This document shows, piece by piece, positions 1 to 10,092 of a stretch of 64,000 nucleotides of DNA. Below the pieces are notes generated by a model that was not told the DNA's origin, searched no databases, and saw only the letters and a list, made by a program, of their open reading frames with translations. Position 1 is the first letter of the stretch, and the number at the start of each line of letters is the position of its first letter. Made by a program: the position numbers and the translations under genes. The stretch covers positions 111,961-175,960 of the forward strand of contig JBBRSB010000004.1 of the NCBI GenBank assembly GCA_038245785.1. Reading direction: 5' to 3'. This stretch comes from Gloeobacterales cyanobacterium. GTDB taxonomy: Bacteria; Cyanobacteriota; Cyanobacteriia; Gloeobacterales; PMM-0068.

Positions 1-1
1 A

Positions 2-547
<546 letters not shown>

Positions 548-567
548 ACTTCTTCTTTGAAGATTTT

Positions 568-601
568 GAAGGCCATCTGCGCAATGCAGGTGGCCTTTTT
601 T
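568..601 (+). terminator. intrinsic terminator after rpoB
   Basis: AAGGCCATCTGC-GCAAT-GCAGGTGGCCTT hairpin followed by a T run, about 20 nt after the stop. Confidence 0.9.
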
Positions 602-711
602 GTAAAGTCCAACTTCCTGGACATCAGACTTCACCCAGGAGTTAACGTGAAATCATTAAACAAAAAAGCTAAACTCGAAAGAACAAGGCGGCTGAAGTTG
701 AGAATGCAAAG

Positions 712-1329
712 ATGATTCAAGCCATTCCTAGACAAATTACTTTTGATGAGTTCATCGCTTGGTATCCAGAGAACTCAGAGCATCGCTATGAATTGCACGA
801 TGGGGAAATCATTGAAATGCCAAAGCCCATTGGTAAGCATTCAGAGGTTGGAGGCTACCTTGCGCTCAGGTTGGGTATCGAGATCGAGCGGCTACAACTT
901 CCTTACTTTGTCCCTAGAGAGTGCGTGGTCAAGGTTAGAGAATCTGTATATTTACCAGATGTTATTGTACTGAATCAACAGACTCTTGATGATGACCCGC
1001 GATGGGAAAAGGAATCCACTATCACGCACGGCAAATCTGCAAAGCTTGTGATTGAGGTAACCAGCACTAACTGGAGCGATGACTATGCGCTTAAACTGGA
1101 AGACTACGAAGCGCTTGGAATTGAAGAGTACTGGATTTGCGATTATCTAGGATTGGGCGGAAAGCGCTATATTGGGTCACCAAAGCAACCTACTTTTTCG
1201 GTCTATCACCTGAACGAAGCTAGTGAATATCAGGTCGGACAGTTCCAAGGGGAGCAAGAAATCCAGTCGAAAGTCTTTCCTGAATTGCAGATAAGTATGA
1301 ATCAAATCTTAATCAGAGTGAACCCATAA
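712..1329 (+). CDS. Uma2/DUF820 family PD-(D/E)xK endonuclease-like protein
   Basis: YELHDGEIIEMP, PDVIV, LVIEVTS, Y..LGIEEYWI motifs. Confidence 0.92.
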   Translation: MIQAIPRQITFDEFIAWYPENSEHRYELHDGEIIEMPKPIGKHSEVGGYLALRLGIEIERLQLPYFVPRECVVKVRESVYLPDVIVLNQQTLDDDPRWEKESTITHGKSAKLVIEVTSTNWSDDYALKLEDYEALGIEEYWICDYLGLGGKRYIGSPKQPTFSVYHLNEASEYQVGQFQGEQEIQSKVFPELQISMNQILIRVNP

Positions 1330-1505
1330 ATCCTACAAACGCAGCACATCATCCCCGCCTCCGGGTTGGGCTGACGTCGATTATAATCTCTCGGTCATTC
1401 CGATTTGCTTGCGGTTAGAGGATTAAGACTAACGATTCCAACTATTACACCATTTAGATCGCGGACATATGATACGACTCGTCCCCAGGGCGGTGTGGGA
1501 ATCGG

Positions 1506-2249
1506 CTATTTCTGGATGCTAGGGAGATCGGCGACTTTCCACAACGTAATTTCAAAGGGCTCATGTGGGTAGTGGTCTTTCCGAGCTTCCAATGGAGACG
1601 GGAAATGGAAAGGCGCTTGCTGCAGATTGAGGTGACGCCAGCTCAGGCCTGTGAACTGATTGTAGTTACTCGTGACCTGCGGGCTGTTGGATACCAGCAG
1701 CCATGTGGCGCCGCTGCGGCGGATGTTCTCCAAGACTGCGGCGATATCTTGGAAAGACAGATGGATCCAGCAATCACGGCACATGACGAGGTCAGCACGC
1801 AGCAGATCGTCCTTAGTGAGATCAGCAACCACGAAACGCACGCCGGGACGCAAGAATTTCGCCTGATTGTTCTCAATCGCGCTAGGTACGATATCAGCCC
1901 CGACATAGTCCACCTTTGTCAAATCGACAAGGCGCATCCAATTCCAGTCGCCGCACGGAGCATCTAGGAAAGTTTTGATACTCAGCCTCTGGAAAAGCTC
2001 TGGCAAATAGACCCGCAAAGACTCGGTCGCCCCTAGCTCAGACCCTTCGCCCGAGAGGCTTTCTGTGCTGCCCCATAGCGTTTCTTCATAAGCCTTCGCA
2101 AAGATCTGTCCACGCGGTTTCAGCTCTATCACCGTGTCATGCAAAACGGGAATGTTTCCTAGAAAACTCTTGATTTTGCGTCGCAACTGTAGCCCTAGTC
2201 CCATGGAGTTCCCCCACATTTCGACGAGACGATTATAGCTACAAGTCAA
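1506..2249 (-). CDS. class I SAM-dependent methyltransferase (start uncertain, possibly ATG 2204)
   Basis: SLSGEGS, FLDAPCGDWNW, YVGADIV, ADLVMCRDCWIHL; more GC-rich than its flanks. Confidence 0.85.
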   Translation of the reverse strand: MTCSYNRLVEMWGNSMGLGLQLRRKIKSFLGNIPVLHDTVIELKPRGQIFAKAYEETLWGSTESLSGEGSELGATESLRVYLPELFQRLSIKTFLDAPCGDWNWMRLVDLTKVDYVGADIVPSAIENNQAKFLRPGVRFVVADLTKDDLLRADLVMCRDCWIHLSFQDIAAVLENIRRSGATWLLVSNSPQVTSNYNQFTGLSWRHLNLQQAPFHFPSPLEARKDHYPHEPFEITLWKVADLPSIQK

Positions 2250-2386
2250 AATTTCTATCAGATCCAGCAGATGCTATGCCCAGTGATGTGCGCACTACAA
2301 TGGCTGCTCGGTGAGCGTAAGTTGTACAACTAATTTAGTGGAGAAGAGATAAGTGAAGACATTCGCAATAATGCCAAAATATAAGT

Positions 2387-4222
2387 ATGCTAACTTTGCT
2401 GCTTCAAGACGCTGAACGCCTTATTCTAAGAATGTCTGAACTCCCCACAGGCCCTGGGGTGTATTTGATGAAAGACCTTGACGGGAAGGTGATCTATATT
2501 GGCAAGGCCAAAAATCTGCGCAATAGAGTGCGGACCTATTTTCAGGCAGGCACGGATCACTCACCGAAAACCCAGATTATGGTCCAGCAGGTAGCGGATG
2601 TTGAACTGATTCTTACCGACACTGAAGCTGAAGCCCTGACCCTGGAAGAGAACCTGGTTAAAGACCGTCAGCCTCGATACAACATTCTGCTCAAAGACGA
2701 CAAGCAGTATCCATTTCTCTGCATCACCTGGTCAGAAGAATATCCTCGAATTCTCGTGTGTCGGCCCAGAGGCTACCGTAATCCCAAAGATAAATATTTT
2801 GGCCCCTATGTCGACGCTGGGGCTCTCCACGAAACCGTTAGATTCCTTAAACGGGCCTTTCCCCTGCGACAGCGCCCAAACCCTGTTTTCAAAGACCGCC
2901 CCTGCATCAATTACGACATGGGCCGTTGTCCAGGTATCTGTCAACAGCTGATTAGCCCGGAAGATTATCGAAAAACGATAGAGGAGGCACAACAGGTGAT
3001 TCAGGGCAAAACCGATGAATTGGTGCAAGCCCTTGAAGTCCGTATGGCCGATGCTGCCGAAGAACTCCATTTTGAAGCCGCCGCCAGATTCAGAGACCAA
3101 ATTCAAAACTTAGAAATGCTCTCAGAACGGCAAAAAATGTCGATTCCTGACCCTGGAATTTCACGCGATGCTGTGGCTCTGGCTGCCGATAGCTATCGGG
3201 TCGTCGTCCAGATCTTTCAGGTGCGCAAAGGTAAGCTGATTGGCCGCTTGGGATTCTGTTTCCAGGCTACCCAGGAAGAACCCGGTCCTCTCTTGCAAAC
3301 AGTTTTAGAACAGCATTACCGTAGCCTAGACCCAGAGGATTTACCCTTAGAGATTCTCACACAATATGAATTACCCACACCCGAACTTTTAGAAGCCTGG
3401 CTGAGTGAGAGCAGAGGCCGTAAGGTCACGATTAAAGCGCCGCAACGCCAGATGAAAGCAGAACTGATTGATCTGGTTGTTCGCAATGCAGAACTAGAAT
3501 TGCAGCGGCTGGCTCGTAGTTCTGATATCCCGCAACAGGCCCTTGTCCGTTTGATGGAAGCGCTGGAGCTGCCCAGTCCTCCCCAACGCTTGGAGTGCTA
3601 TGACATTTCTCATATCCAGGGTACCGATACGGTCGCTTCTAGAGTGGTATTCGTGAATGGCAAACCGAGCAAAGCCCACTATCGTCGCTATAAGATCCGA
3701 GACCCTAAAATTCAAGCAGGTCAGCCCGATGATTTTGCTTCGATGGCGGAAGTGATTGGCCGGAGATTCAAACCCAATCAAGCGGAGGAACTGCCTGATT
3801 TAGTTGTGATTGATGGTGGCAAAGGACAGCTATCAGCGGCCCGTGCGGTGATGGAAGAACTCGGCGTAGACCACGTACCGACCATTGGCTTAGCAAAACG
3901 GATTGAAGAAATTTTCAAGCCTCAGCAATTAAAGCCGATTCTCCTCGACCACCGAGATGTGGGCTTACAGCTACTCCAGCAAATCCGGGATGAAGCCCAC
4001 CGCTTTGCGATTACCTATCATCGCAACCTCAGAGGCAAACGAATGACGACCTCTGCCCTGGATGAAATTCCTGGGTTAGGTCCTAGCCGCAAAGATAGCT
4101 TACTCAAACAATTTTCTTCTGTTCCTAAACTGCGCAAAGCCAGCGTAGAAGAGATTGCAGAAGTACCTGGAATTCATCAAAAGTTAGCACAGGTTATTTA
4201 TAGTCACCTGCATTTGAGCTAA
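2387..4222 (+). CDS. uvrC: excinuclease ABC subunit C
   Basis: GIY-YIG (GVYLM..YIGKAKNLRNRV), UVR coil, ECYDISH, PDLVVIDGGKGQL, C-terminal HhH. Confidence 0.98.
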   Translation: MLTLLLQDAERLILRMSELPTGPGVYLMKDLDGKVIYIGKAKNLRNRVRTYFQAGTDHSPKTQIMVQQVADVELILTDTEAEALTLEENLVKDRQPRYNILLKDDKQYPFLCITWSEEYPRILVCRPRGYRNPKDKYFGPYVDAGALHETVRFLKRAFPLRQRPNPVFKDRPCINYDMGRCPGICQQLISPEDYRKTIEEAQQVIQGKTDELVQALEVRMADAAEELHFEAAARFRDQIQNLEMLSERQKMSIPDPGISRDAVALAADSYRVVVQIFQVRKGKLIGRLGFCFQATQEEPGPLLQTVLEQHYRSLDPEDLPLEILTQYELPTPELLEAWLSESRGRKVTIKAPQRQMKAELIDLVVRNAELELQRLARSSDIPQQALVRLMEALELPSPPQRLECYDISHIQGTDTVASRVVFVNGKPSKAHYRRYKIRDPKIQAGQPDDFASMAEVIGRRFKPNQAEELPDLVVIDGGKGQLSAARAVMEELGVDHVPTIGLAKRIEEIFKPQQLKPILLDHRDVGLQLLQQIRDEAHRFAITYHRNLRGKRMTTSALDEIPGLGPSRKDSLLKQFSSVPKLRKASVEEIAEVPGIHQKLAQVIYSHLHLS

Positions 4223-4356
4223 AACCTCCAACTTTAGCTACATATCCGACTACCTATTTCAGATTTTGGATAAAGACTCAGGGGAAAGGACTTCTTTGAT
4301 CTAAAAACGACTGGCGCATATCTAGCAGCTTGGTGTGATTAGGTTGTTGATTAGCT

Positions 4357-4698
4357 CTAAAAATTCGGTTTTTTGATACGAATAAGTTGATCTTCAAAAG
4401 ATGGAGTTATGCGGAGGACTTCATGGAGCTGAGCAGCGTAGTTTTCAAAATCTCTATCTGCAGTGCAGACAATGATCCCCTTGTGAGGGCTCCCTTGCTA
4501 ATGCAGCTTGATAAAATCTTTCCGGTTTTCGGTAATCACTAATCTATCTTGCTCAAAAGCAAACAGAAGAACTTGATCATCAGGGAGCTGTTGATTGGCT
4601 TGTTCAGCTTCATAAGAGGTCAAAATATCGTAGCCCAGTTTTCGAAGTATTAAAACGACAGGTTTGGGGAAATTCTCATTGGCATACAGCTTCATCAT
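4357..4698 (-). pseudogene. DUF5615 PIN-like toxin with in-frame TAG at 4498-4500
   Basis: KLYANENFP...TENRKDFIKLH*QGSPHKGIIVC...LIRIKKPNF; family-like C-terminus continues in frame past the stop. Confidence 0.85.
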
Positions 4699-4940
4699 GC
4701 TGCTTCATTATCAGCAATATCTTGGTCAATCTCATCCCGATGTTTTTCATAGTAATGCCACGCACCGTCTAAATCGACCTGGTTAAGCGTGGGATAGCTA
4801 TCTAACAGTTCTTGATCAGAAGATCCTAGATTGTGATAGGCAACCAACGTCCAGACTGGAATGCGGGTGTTGCGGACTCTGGCCCGACCCCCACAAACTC
4901 CTTCGGCATGTTCGATCCAGGTTTTAACTTGGCTAACCAT
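4695..4940 (-). CDS. DUF433 antitoxin
   Basis: GVCGGRARVRNTRIPVWTLV...YPTL motif; ATGA overlap with the DUF5615 gene. Confidence 0.9.
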   Translation of the reverse strand: MVSQVKTWIEHAEGVCGGRARVRNTRIPVWTLVAYHNLGSSDQELLDSYPTLNQVDLDGAWHYYEKHRDEIDQDIADNEAA

Positions 4941-5085
4941 TGATGCTCTAATCCTAGTCTCAGCATTCCACAAATTCAACTTTTCCCTACTGCTGTTGTA
5001 CTTTCTGACTACGCAAATCCCTATACGTTGTTTTGTGCACTCTTTTGGCTTGATTAATAGGTGTAAATGGGTGTATTAATGGCGA

Positions 5086-6135
5086 ATGATTGTTACGTCG
5101 TCACTTCAGATCACCCCTGAGCTGCTCGCACTCGTTGCCGAGGTTGATGAATTTAAGGGGGCGTGGCGAGCTTTGGGGACGCTTGCGCCCGAACGACTGT
5201 CCGCTCTGCGTCGTGTTGCAACCATTGAGAGCATCGGATCATCCACCCGAATTGAGGGCAGTCGCCTTTCAGATCGTGAGGTAGAGCGCCTTCTAGGAAA
5301 CCTGGAGATCAAGACTTTTGCTTCGCGGGACGAACAGGAAGTCGCTGGTTACGCTGAGGTGATGGAAACCATTTTTTCTGCCTGGGTCGCAATACCGATT
5401 ACAGAGAGTCACATCCTGCAGCTTCATCGAGATCTTCTCAAGTACAGCAATAAAGATGAATGGCATCGGGATAAATACAAGACTTCTTCCAACAGCGTTG
5501 CTGCGTTCGATGAGGTTGGTCAGCAGGTTGGTATAGTCTTTGAAACGGCAACACCGTTTGAAACGCCAAGACTGATGGAAGAGTTGGTTATTTGGTTTAA
5601 TGAAACGATTCAGCAGCGATCGCTACATCCGCTGATCGCGATAGGGGTTTTCGTCGTTGTATTCTTGGAGATTCACCCCTTTCAAGATGGAAACGGTCGC
5701 CTGAGCCGCGTTCTGACGATGCTACTTCTGCTTCAGGCAGGTTACGCCTACGTACCGTACAGTTCCCTCGAAAGCGTCATCGAACAGAGTAAGGAGAGCT
5801 ACTACCTTGCTTTACGTCGCACTCAAGGCACCATCCGTAGCGATGCGCCCAACTGGCTTCCCTGGTTGCTCTTTTTTTTGAAGGCGCTGTACCGTCAGAT
5901 GCAAATTCTTCGAACTAAGGTCGAACGGGAAAAGATGCTCCTGACGAATCTGTCTGATCTATCGATTCAGATTCTGGACGCTCTCAAAGATCGCGGGCGC
6001 ATCACTATTGGCGAGGCGGTCATAATTACGGGTGCCAATCGCAACACGCTAAAGCCGCATTTCAAGAATCTGCTCGAAAAGGGCTTTATCGAACTCCACG
6101 GAAGATGGCGAGGTGCTGGGTATCGCCTCCTATAA
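5086..6135 (+). CDS. Fic family protein with C-terminal winged HTH
   Basis: Intact Fic motif HPFQDGNGRLSR; N-terminal inhibitory motif SSTRIEG. Confidence 0.93.
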   Translation: MIVTSSLQITPELLALVAEVDEFKGAWRALGTLAPERLSALRRVATIESIGSSTRIEGSRLSDREVERLLGNLEIKTFASRDEQEVAGYAEVMETIFSAWVAIPITESHILQLHRDLLKYSNKDEWHRDKYKTSSNSVAAFDEVGQQVGIVFETATPFETPRLMEELVIWFNETIQQRSLHPLIAIGVFVVVFLEIHPFQDGNGRLSRVLTMLLLLQAGYAYVPYSSLESVIEQSKESYYLALRRTQGTIRSDAPNWLPWLLFFLKALYRQMQILRTKVEREKMLLTNLSDLSIQILDALKDRGRITIGEAVIITGANRNTLKPHFKNLLEKGFIELHGRWRGAGYRLL

Positions 6136-6184
6136 GTTTTAACGGCATATTTTGTTATTCTTTCTGGCCTTTAAGAGACTTCTT

Positions 6185-6201
6185 GCCCCCCTGCCCCCCA
6201 A
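6185..6201. repeat. left arm of a cyanobacterial REP-like G/C-run repeat, cut by the IS3 end
   Basis: GCCCCCCTGCCCCCCAA is the exact reverse complement of 7726-7742. Confidence 0.8.
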
Positions 6202-6233
6202 CTGACCTTACCCGAAAAAAGTGGACAGGTAAG

Positions 6234-7423
6234 TTAAGCTGCCACCTGATGCTCTAGGGTGAGCCAGTATTCCTCCTCAAACTGAACAGGGGAACGGTAT
6301 CCAATCGTCGAGTGTAGGCGCTGTCGATTGTAGAATACCTCAATCCATTCCGCGATGGTCGTTCTGGCGATGGCTCTTGAGGAGAAAATTCTGGGATGAA
6401 TCAACTCAGTTTTGAGAGTGCCAAAAAAGCTTTCAGCTACGGAATTATCCCAGCAATTGGCTCGACGGCTCATACTACAGGTTATCCCAGCCTTTTGGAG
6501 AGCGGCTTGATAGTCGCCACTGCCCGGTCAGAATGAAAGATTAACCCGGCTGGTGAGGGTATGCGCTGCCCCAAGGCTGAATCTAAAGCTGTCAAGACCA
6601 ATTCTGTACGCATATGCTCAGCCATGGACCAACCTACCACCCGTCGGGAGAACAGGTCGATAATGACGGCCAAGTAAAGCCATCCTTCAGCCGTCCAAAT
6701 ATAGGTTATGTCTGCCACCCAGACCCGGTCGGGCTCAGTCGTTGTAAAGTCCCTATCCAAAACATTCTCAGCAATGGGTAAGTCGTGCCCAGAATCGGTC
6801 GTGACCTTGAATCTGCGCTTGGGACGAGCGCAAATACCGAGTTGTGCCATTAACCGAACGACCCGTTGGCGACCAAGCTGAAATCCGGTAGCGACTAAAG
6901 CCGCGTGAATTCTGGGAGAGCCATAGGTTTGACGACTCGCTTGGTGAATCTGTTTAATCTGTTGAGACAAGATTTCATTCTCCTGAGTTTTGGGGGATGC
7001 TTTGCACTTGAACCAGGCGTAATAGCCACTCCTGGCCAGATTAAGCACCTTACACATCAAGGCAATGGGAAAGTTAACCTTCTCTGCATGGATTAGCTCA
7101 TAGGGTCTGAGTTTTCCTTGGCACTAGAGCGAAGCTCGTGCGCAGCAGAAGGTCGCGGCCTTTTTTAGAAAGTCACGCTCCATTTGAACCCGCTTCAGGT
7201 CGCGGCGTAAGGCTATCAGTTCTTTACGTTCAGCAGAAGTCAGTTGCTCTTGCGGGTTTAATTGATGGTCCACCTGGGCTCGTTTGACCCATTGTCGGAG
7301 GGCGCTTTCGGTCAGACCCATTTCTTTGGCAACTTGGCTGACGGGTTTGCCAGATTGAGTGACGATGCGAACTGCCTCAGCTTTCTGTTCGTCTGTAAAT
7401 ATCCTGCGCGGTTTTTTACTCAT
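6234..7423 (-). pseudogene. IS3 transposase orfA/orfB, inactivated
   Basis: WVADITY, FHSDR, CWDNSVAESFF; frameshifting deletion near 6520 removes the GSQY motif; about 22 nt inserted at 7124-7146. Confidence 0.9.
7124..7146. mobile_element. candidate very small (22-23 nt) inserted element with two GNA-triloop mini-hairpins
   Basis: CTAGAGCGAAGCTCGTGCGCAGC interrupts the expected orfA end FLKKAATF-(F)-AKENSDPMS*. Confidence 0.6.
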
Positions 7424-7485
7424 GTGAACATTCTCCTAAGTTATCGACTCTTCGGGAATGTCTACTAAATCGGGGGAAGGTCAAC

Positions 7486-7683
7486 GGGGTCGCAAGAGCT
7501 ACTTGGCAACAATTTAGCCAGGTTCGCTGTGCTGTCATCCGCCCCCTCTGCGACTATGCTGATGCCAGCAAAAACGATCAATGGCATCCCTACGCTGCTG
7601 CTGTCGCGGCAGGATTTACCAAAGCCTTCCTGCTCGACGAACCTCTTAAGCCGAGAAACCGACCCGGAGACTACCAAGTCTGA
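7486..7683 (+). pseudogene. C-terminal remnant of a PNP/MTA-SAH nucleosidase (PNP_UDP_1) domain gene, 5' part missing at the IS3 end
   Basis: Frame absent from the ORF track: GVARATWQQFSQVRCAVIRPLCDYADASKNDQWHPYAAAVAAGFTKAFLL, resembling IRGICDYAD..KND.W..YAA..AA. Confidence 0.8.
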
Positions 7684-7715
7684 AGATAAATCTCCCCACA
7701 CTCAAACGCTCAGAA

Positions 7716-7742
7716 CCCCCCAGAATTGGGGGGCAGGGGGGC
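7716..7742. repeat. right arm of REP-like repeat with internal hairpin
   Basis: CCCCCCA-GAAT-TGGGGGG then CAGGGGGGC; inverted partner of 6185-6201. Confidence 0.8.
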
Positions 7743-7744
7743 GA

Positions 7745-8863
7745 TTACACCCGTAGAAAGATTTGTCGTTCATAGAGATAGCGTAAAACCAACCATTTTA
7801 AAAAGAGAATTCCAGCAGCCAGAATAACGGCTTCAGCGGGAAAGGCCAGTCTTGCTAAACCACCGAAGAAGAACTTGCTAGTGAAGGCAAAATCAATAAA
7901 TTCCTGTACGACGTAGATAGTAATAGAGTTCATACCAATTACAATAAAGAAGAAAGCCCAACTTCGCCAGCCACGAACATCGATCAGATAATAGAACACA
8001 GCTAAAAGGGCTAAACTCCATCCGCCCGCGACGAGAACATAGGAACTGGTCCAGAGATTTTTGATGATTGGAAAAAATAGTCCCCATAGATAACCAATGA
8101 CAAGACAAACAATAGCCCCAGCTCTTAGTCCACGCATTTTGGCCTGAGGAGAACGCTTTGAGCGCAACCATTGTCCCGTTAATACGCCCAGGAACGTGGT
8201 GCTGACGGCCGGGATCGTTGAAAGAAGCCCTTCGTTATCTCCGTAATAGTTGGAATAAGGATGGCAACAAAACTGCCCTGGAATCAAGAGACGGTCAATG
8301 TAGCCAGCCAAATTTCCCTGCATAGAAAAATCTCCAGCCCGATAACCAGGGGCCGGAATCCAAGCGAGTAATGCCCAATATCCCAGCAGCAAACTCACCA
8401 TCACAATCGCTTGCCCTCGGACTTTCAAATTCAGGACTACAAGCGCTGTTACAAAATAGCAAATACCAATCCGCTGGAGGACTCCAGGCCAGCGGAACTC
8501 TTGGAAATCAAACTGGAGAATACCGCCAACGATCCAGCCCAATCCGATAAGCGCCAAGGCGCGAATAGCGATTCGACGATAGGCTGGAGCACGGTCCACT
8601 TCGGCCGTAGCGTATTGAGCTAGGGAAAAGGGCAACACTACGCCAACAATGAATAGAAACAGGGGAAAAATCAGGTCATAGGAATGGAACCCTTCCCATT
8701 CAACATGTTTCATTTGCTCTGTCAGCAGCGGCCACTGTAACCACCCGGCTAATGCTTTGAAAAGCACATCTCCGCCGATGATCCAGAACATATCAAAACC
8801 ACGGAGCGCATCAATGGACCGAACACGGGCAGTACGAAATTTAGGGACTTCCAATTCTTGCAT
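7745..8863 (-). CDS. DUF5009 / heparan-alpha-glucosaminide N-acetyltransferase-like membrane protein
   Basis: SIDALRGFDMFWI, DLIFPLFLFIVG, GVLQRIG, DNEGLLSTIPA, PIIKNLWTSSY. Confidence 0.9.
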   Translation of the reverse strand: MQELEVPKFRTARVRSIDALRGFDMFWIIGGDVLFKALAGWLQWPLLTEQMKHVEWEGFHSYDLIFPLFLFIVGVVLPFSLAQYATAEVDRAPAYRRIAIRALALIGLGWIVGGILQFDFQEFRWPGVLQRIGICYFVTALVVLNLKVRGQAIVMVSLLLGYWALLAWIPAPGYRAGDFSMQGNLAGYIDRLLIPGQFCCHPYSNYYGDNEGLLSTIPAVSTTFLGVLTGQWLRSKRSPQAKMRGLRAGAIVCLVIGYLWGLFFPIIKNLWTSSYVLVAGGWSLALLAVFYYLIDVRGWRSWAFFFIVIGMNSITIYVVQEFIDFAFTSKFFFGGLARLAFPAEAVILAAGILFLKWLVLRYLYERQIFLRV

Positions 8864-9023
8864 GGTGATCTACCACAAAGGATGAACACTCAGTTTCGTA
8901 GTGAGCGATGCCAGAGAATCTATGAATGCCATAGGCCACCTAGATGGAGGCAGCGTAACACAACAATCGGTTACACGCTAAAGATTAAGGAGGTGAAGGC
9001 AGAAACAAAACATATAGATCTAT

Positions 9024-9437
9024 TCAGTCTCGCAGAAGGGAACAGTACCCCATCTGCTGGAAGACTTGATTTGTGGTCAAAACATCTTTAAGACCGTACT
9101 CTTTCATCACCACGAAGGAAATGCAATCGGTCATGTCCCACTGTTTATCTTTATGGTCGCAAAACAGCTTGTATGCAGCATGGTAAATGGATTCCGATAG
9201 AGGAATCGTAGCTATATTGGGGTCAGCATCGATGGCCTCTAATAGGCTAACAGCCTCTGTGTGGTACTGCTGTCTAGAGAGCGCATTGCTTATTCTTACT
9301 ATTACCAATTGAGTTGTGACTATAAAGATCCCAGCAGCCTCAATCTGCGCCGCTAGCTGAATCGCTTTTTTATGAAACAGGTCAGATCGATTCACCAAGG
9401 CAATAGCAAACGTGGTGTCTAGAAACACCTCAATCAT
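9024..9437 (-). CDS. VapC-like PIN toxin, probably catalytically degenerate
   Basis: FLDT, W.MTDCISF, FQQMG motifs; expected acidic residues replaced by R48 and N123. Confidence 0.85.
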   Translation of the reverse strand: MIEVFLDTTFAIALVNRSDLFHKKAIQLAAQIEAAGIFIVTTQLVIVRISNALSRQQYHTEAVSLLEAIDADPNIATIPLSESIYHAAYKLFCDHKDKQWDMTDCISFVVMKEYGLKDVLTTNQVFQQMGYCSLLRD

Positions 9438-9669
9438 GAGACTTTACTCCCTCACCATATAAGTAATGCTGGATATTGGTTGACCAGTCTGTTGGCCCTT
9501 GTAACTGAAGAGCTTGAGCCGTCTGCAGGAATGAACGAAGTTTAGCTGGCTCAGTAGACTCGATAGCTTCAATGGTAATGCGCACTCTGGTTCCTTTCTT
9601 AAGTTCCAGAGGTTCTTTAAGGTGCAGCACCGTTCCATCGAACACTGCTTCTACTATTTTGCCAACCAT
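9430..9669 (-). CDS. DUF104/AF2212-like antitoxin
   Basis: VEAVFDGTVL..EPLEL..GTRVRITI, GPTDWS.NI.HYLYG; overlaps the PIN gene. Confidence 0.85.
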   Translation of the reverse strand: MVGKIVEAVFDGTVLHLKEPLELKKGTRVRITIEAIESTEPAKLRSFLQTAQALQLQGPTDWSTNIQHYLYGEGVKSHD

Positions 9670-9789
9670 TCTTTAATCGTCCGCCTTTGTCCTAAGTATA
9701 AGCTTGCCCTATCTTCCACGACTAACAACATCGACTCAACCGCTCCCATCGCCTGTTAGAACAACCATGATTTGCCTTGAGACACCCTA

Positions 9790-10089
9790 TTATGCTGTTT
9801 TTGGTAGGACTTCTACCTTCACTTGCATTCCTGCTCGCACCAGCATATTTATCAACTTATCAACACTAAAACGGCTAATTTCACCATTCATTAAGTTGCT
9901 GATTCTTGGTTGTGTCTCTTCAAAAAATTCCGCTGCCTGCTCCTGAGTCCAACCATTTTCTTGAATAAATTGCCTTATGTCCAGCATCAAATCTGCTCGA
10001 ATCTTTAGGTTTGCTGCTTCCTCAACATTGAATCCTAAATCCTCAAATACATTTTCGCTGCCTTGGGTAATTCTATATTTAGTCATCAC
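9790..10089 (-). CDS. HigA-like XRE HTH antitoxin with no adjacent toxin
   Basis: GSENVFEDLGF...WTQEQAA..QPRISNL..G....FSVDKL. Confidence 0.88.
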   Translation of the reverse strand: MMTKYRITQGSENVFEDLGFNVEEAANLKIRADLMLDIRQFIQENGWTQEQAAEFFEETQPRISNLMNGEISRFSVDKLINMLVRAGMQVKVEVLPKTA

Positions 10090-10092
10090 TTG

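Larger units (their letters stand above)
6203..7483 (-). mobile_element. IS3-family insertion sequence, 1281 bp, defective
   Basis: Imperfect 25-bp IRs TGACCTTACCCGAAAAAAGTGGACA / TGACCTTCCCCCGATTTAGTAGACA, TG..CA ends, orfA HTH, A6G slippery site, DDE orfB; only AC is shared by the flanks. Confidence 0.93.

Noticed and set aside
7465..7756. ORF-track calls 7465-7701(-) and 7529-7756(+)
   Set aside because: Shadow frames; the frame with family motifs is the nucleosidase remnant at 7486-7683
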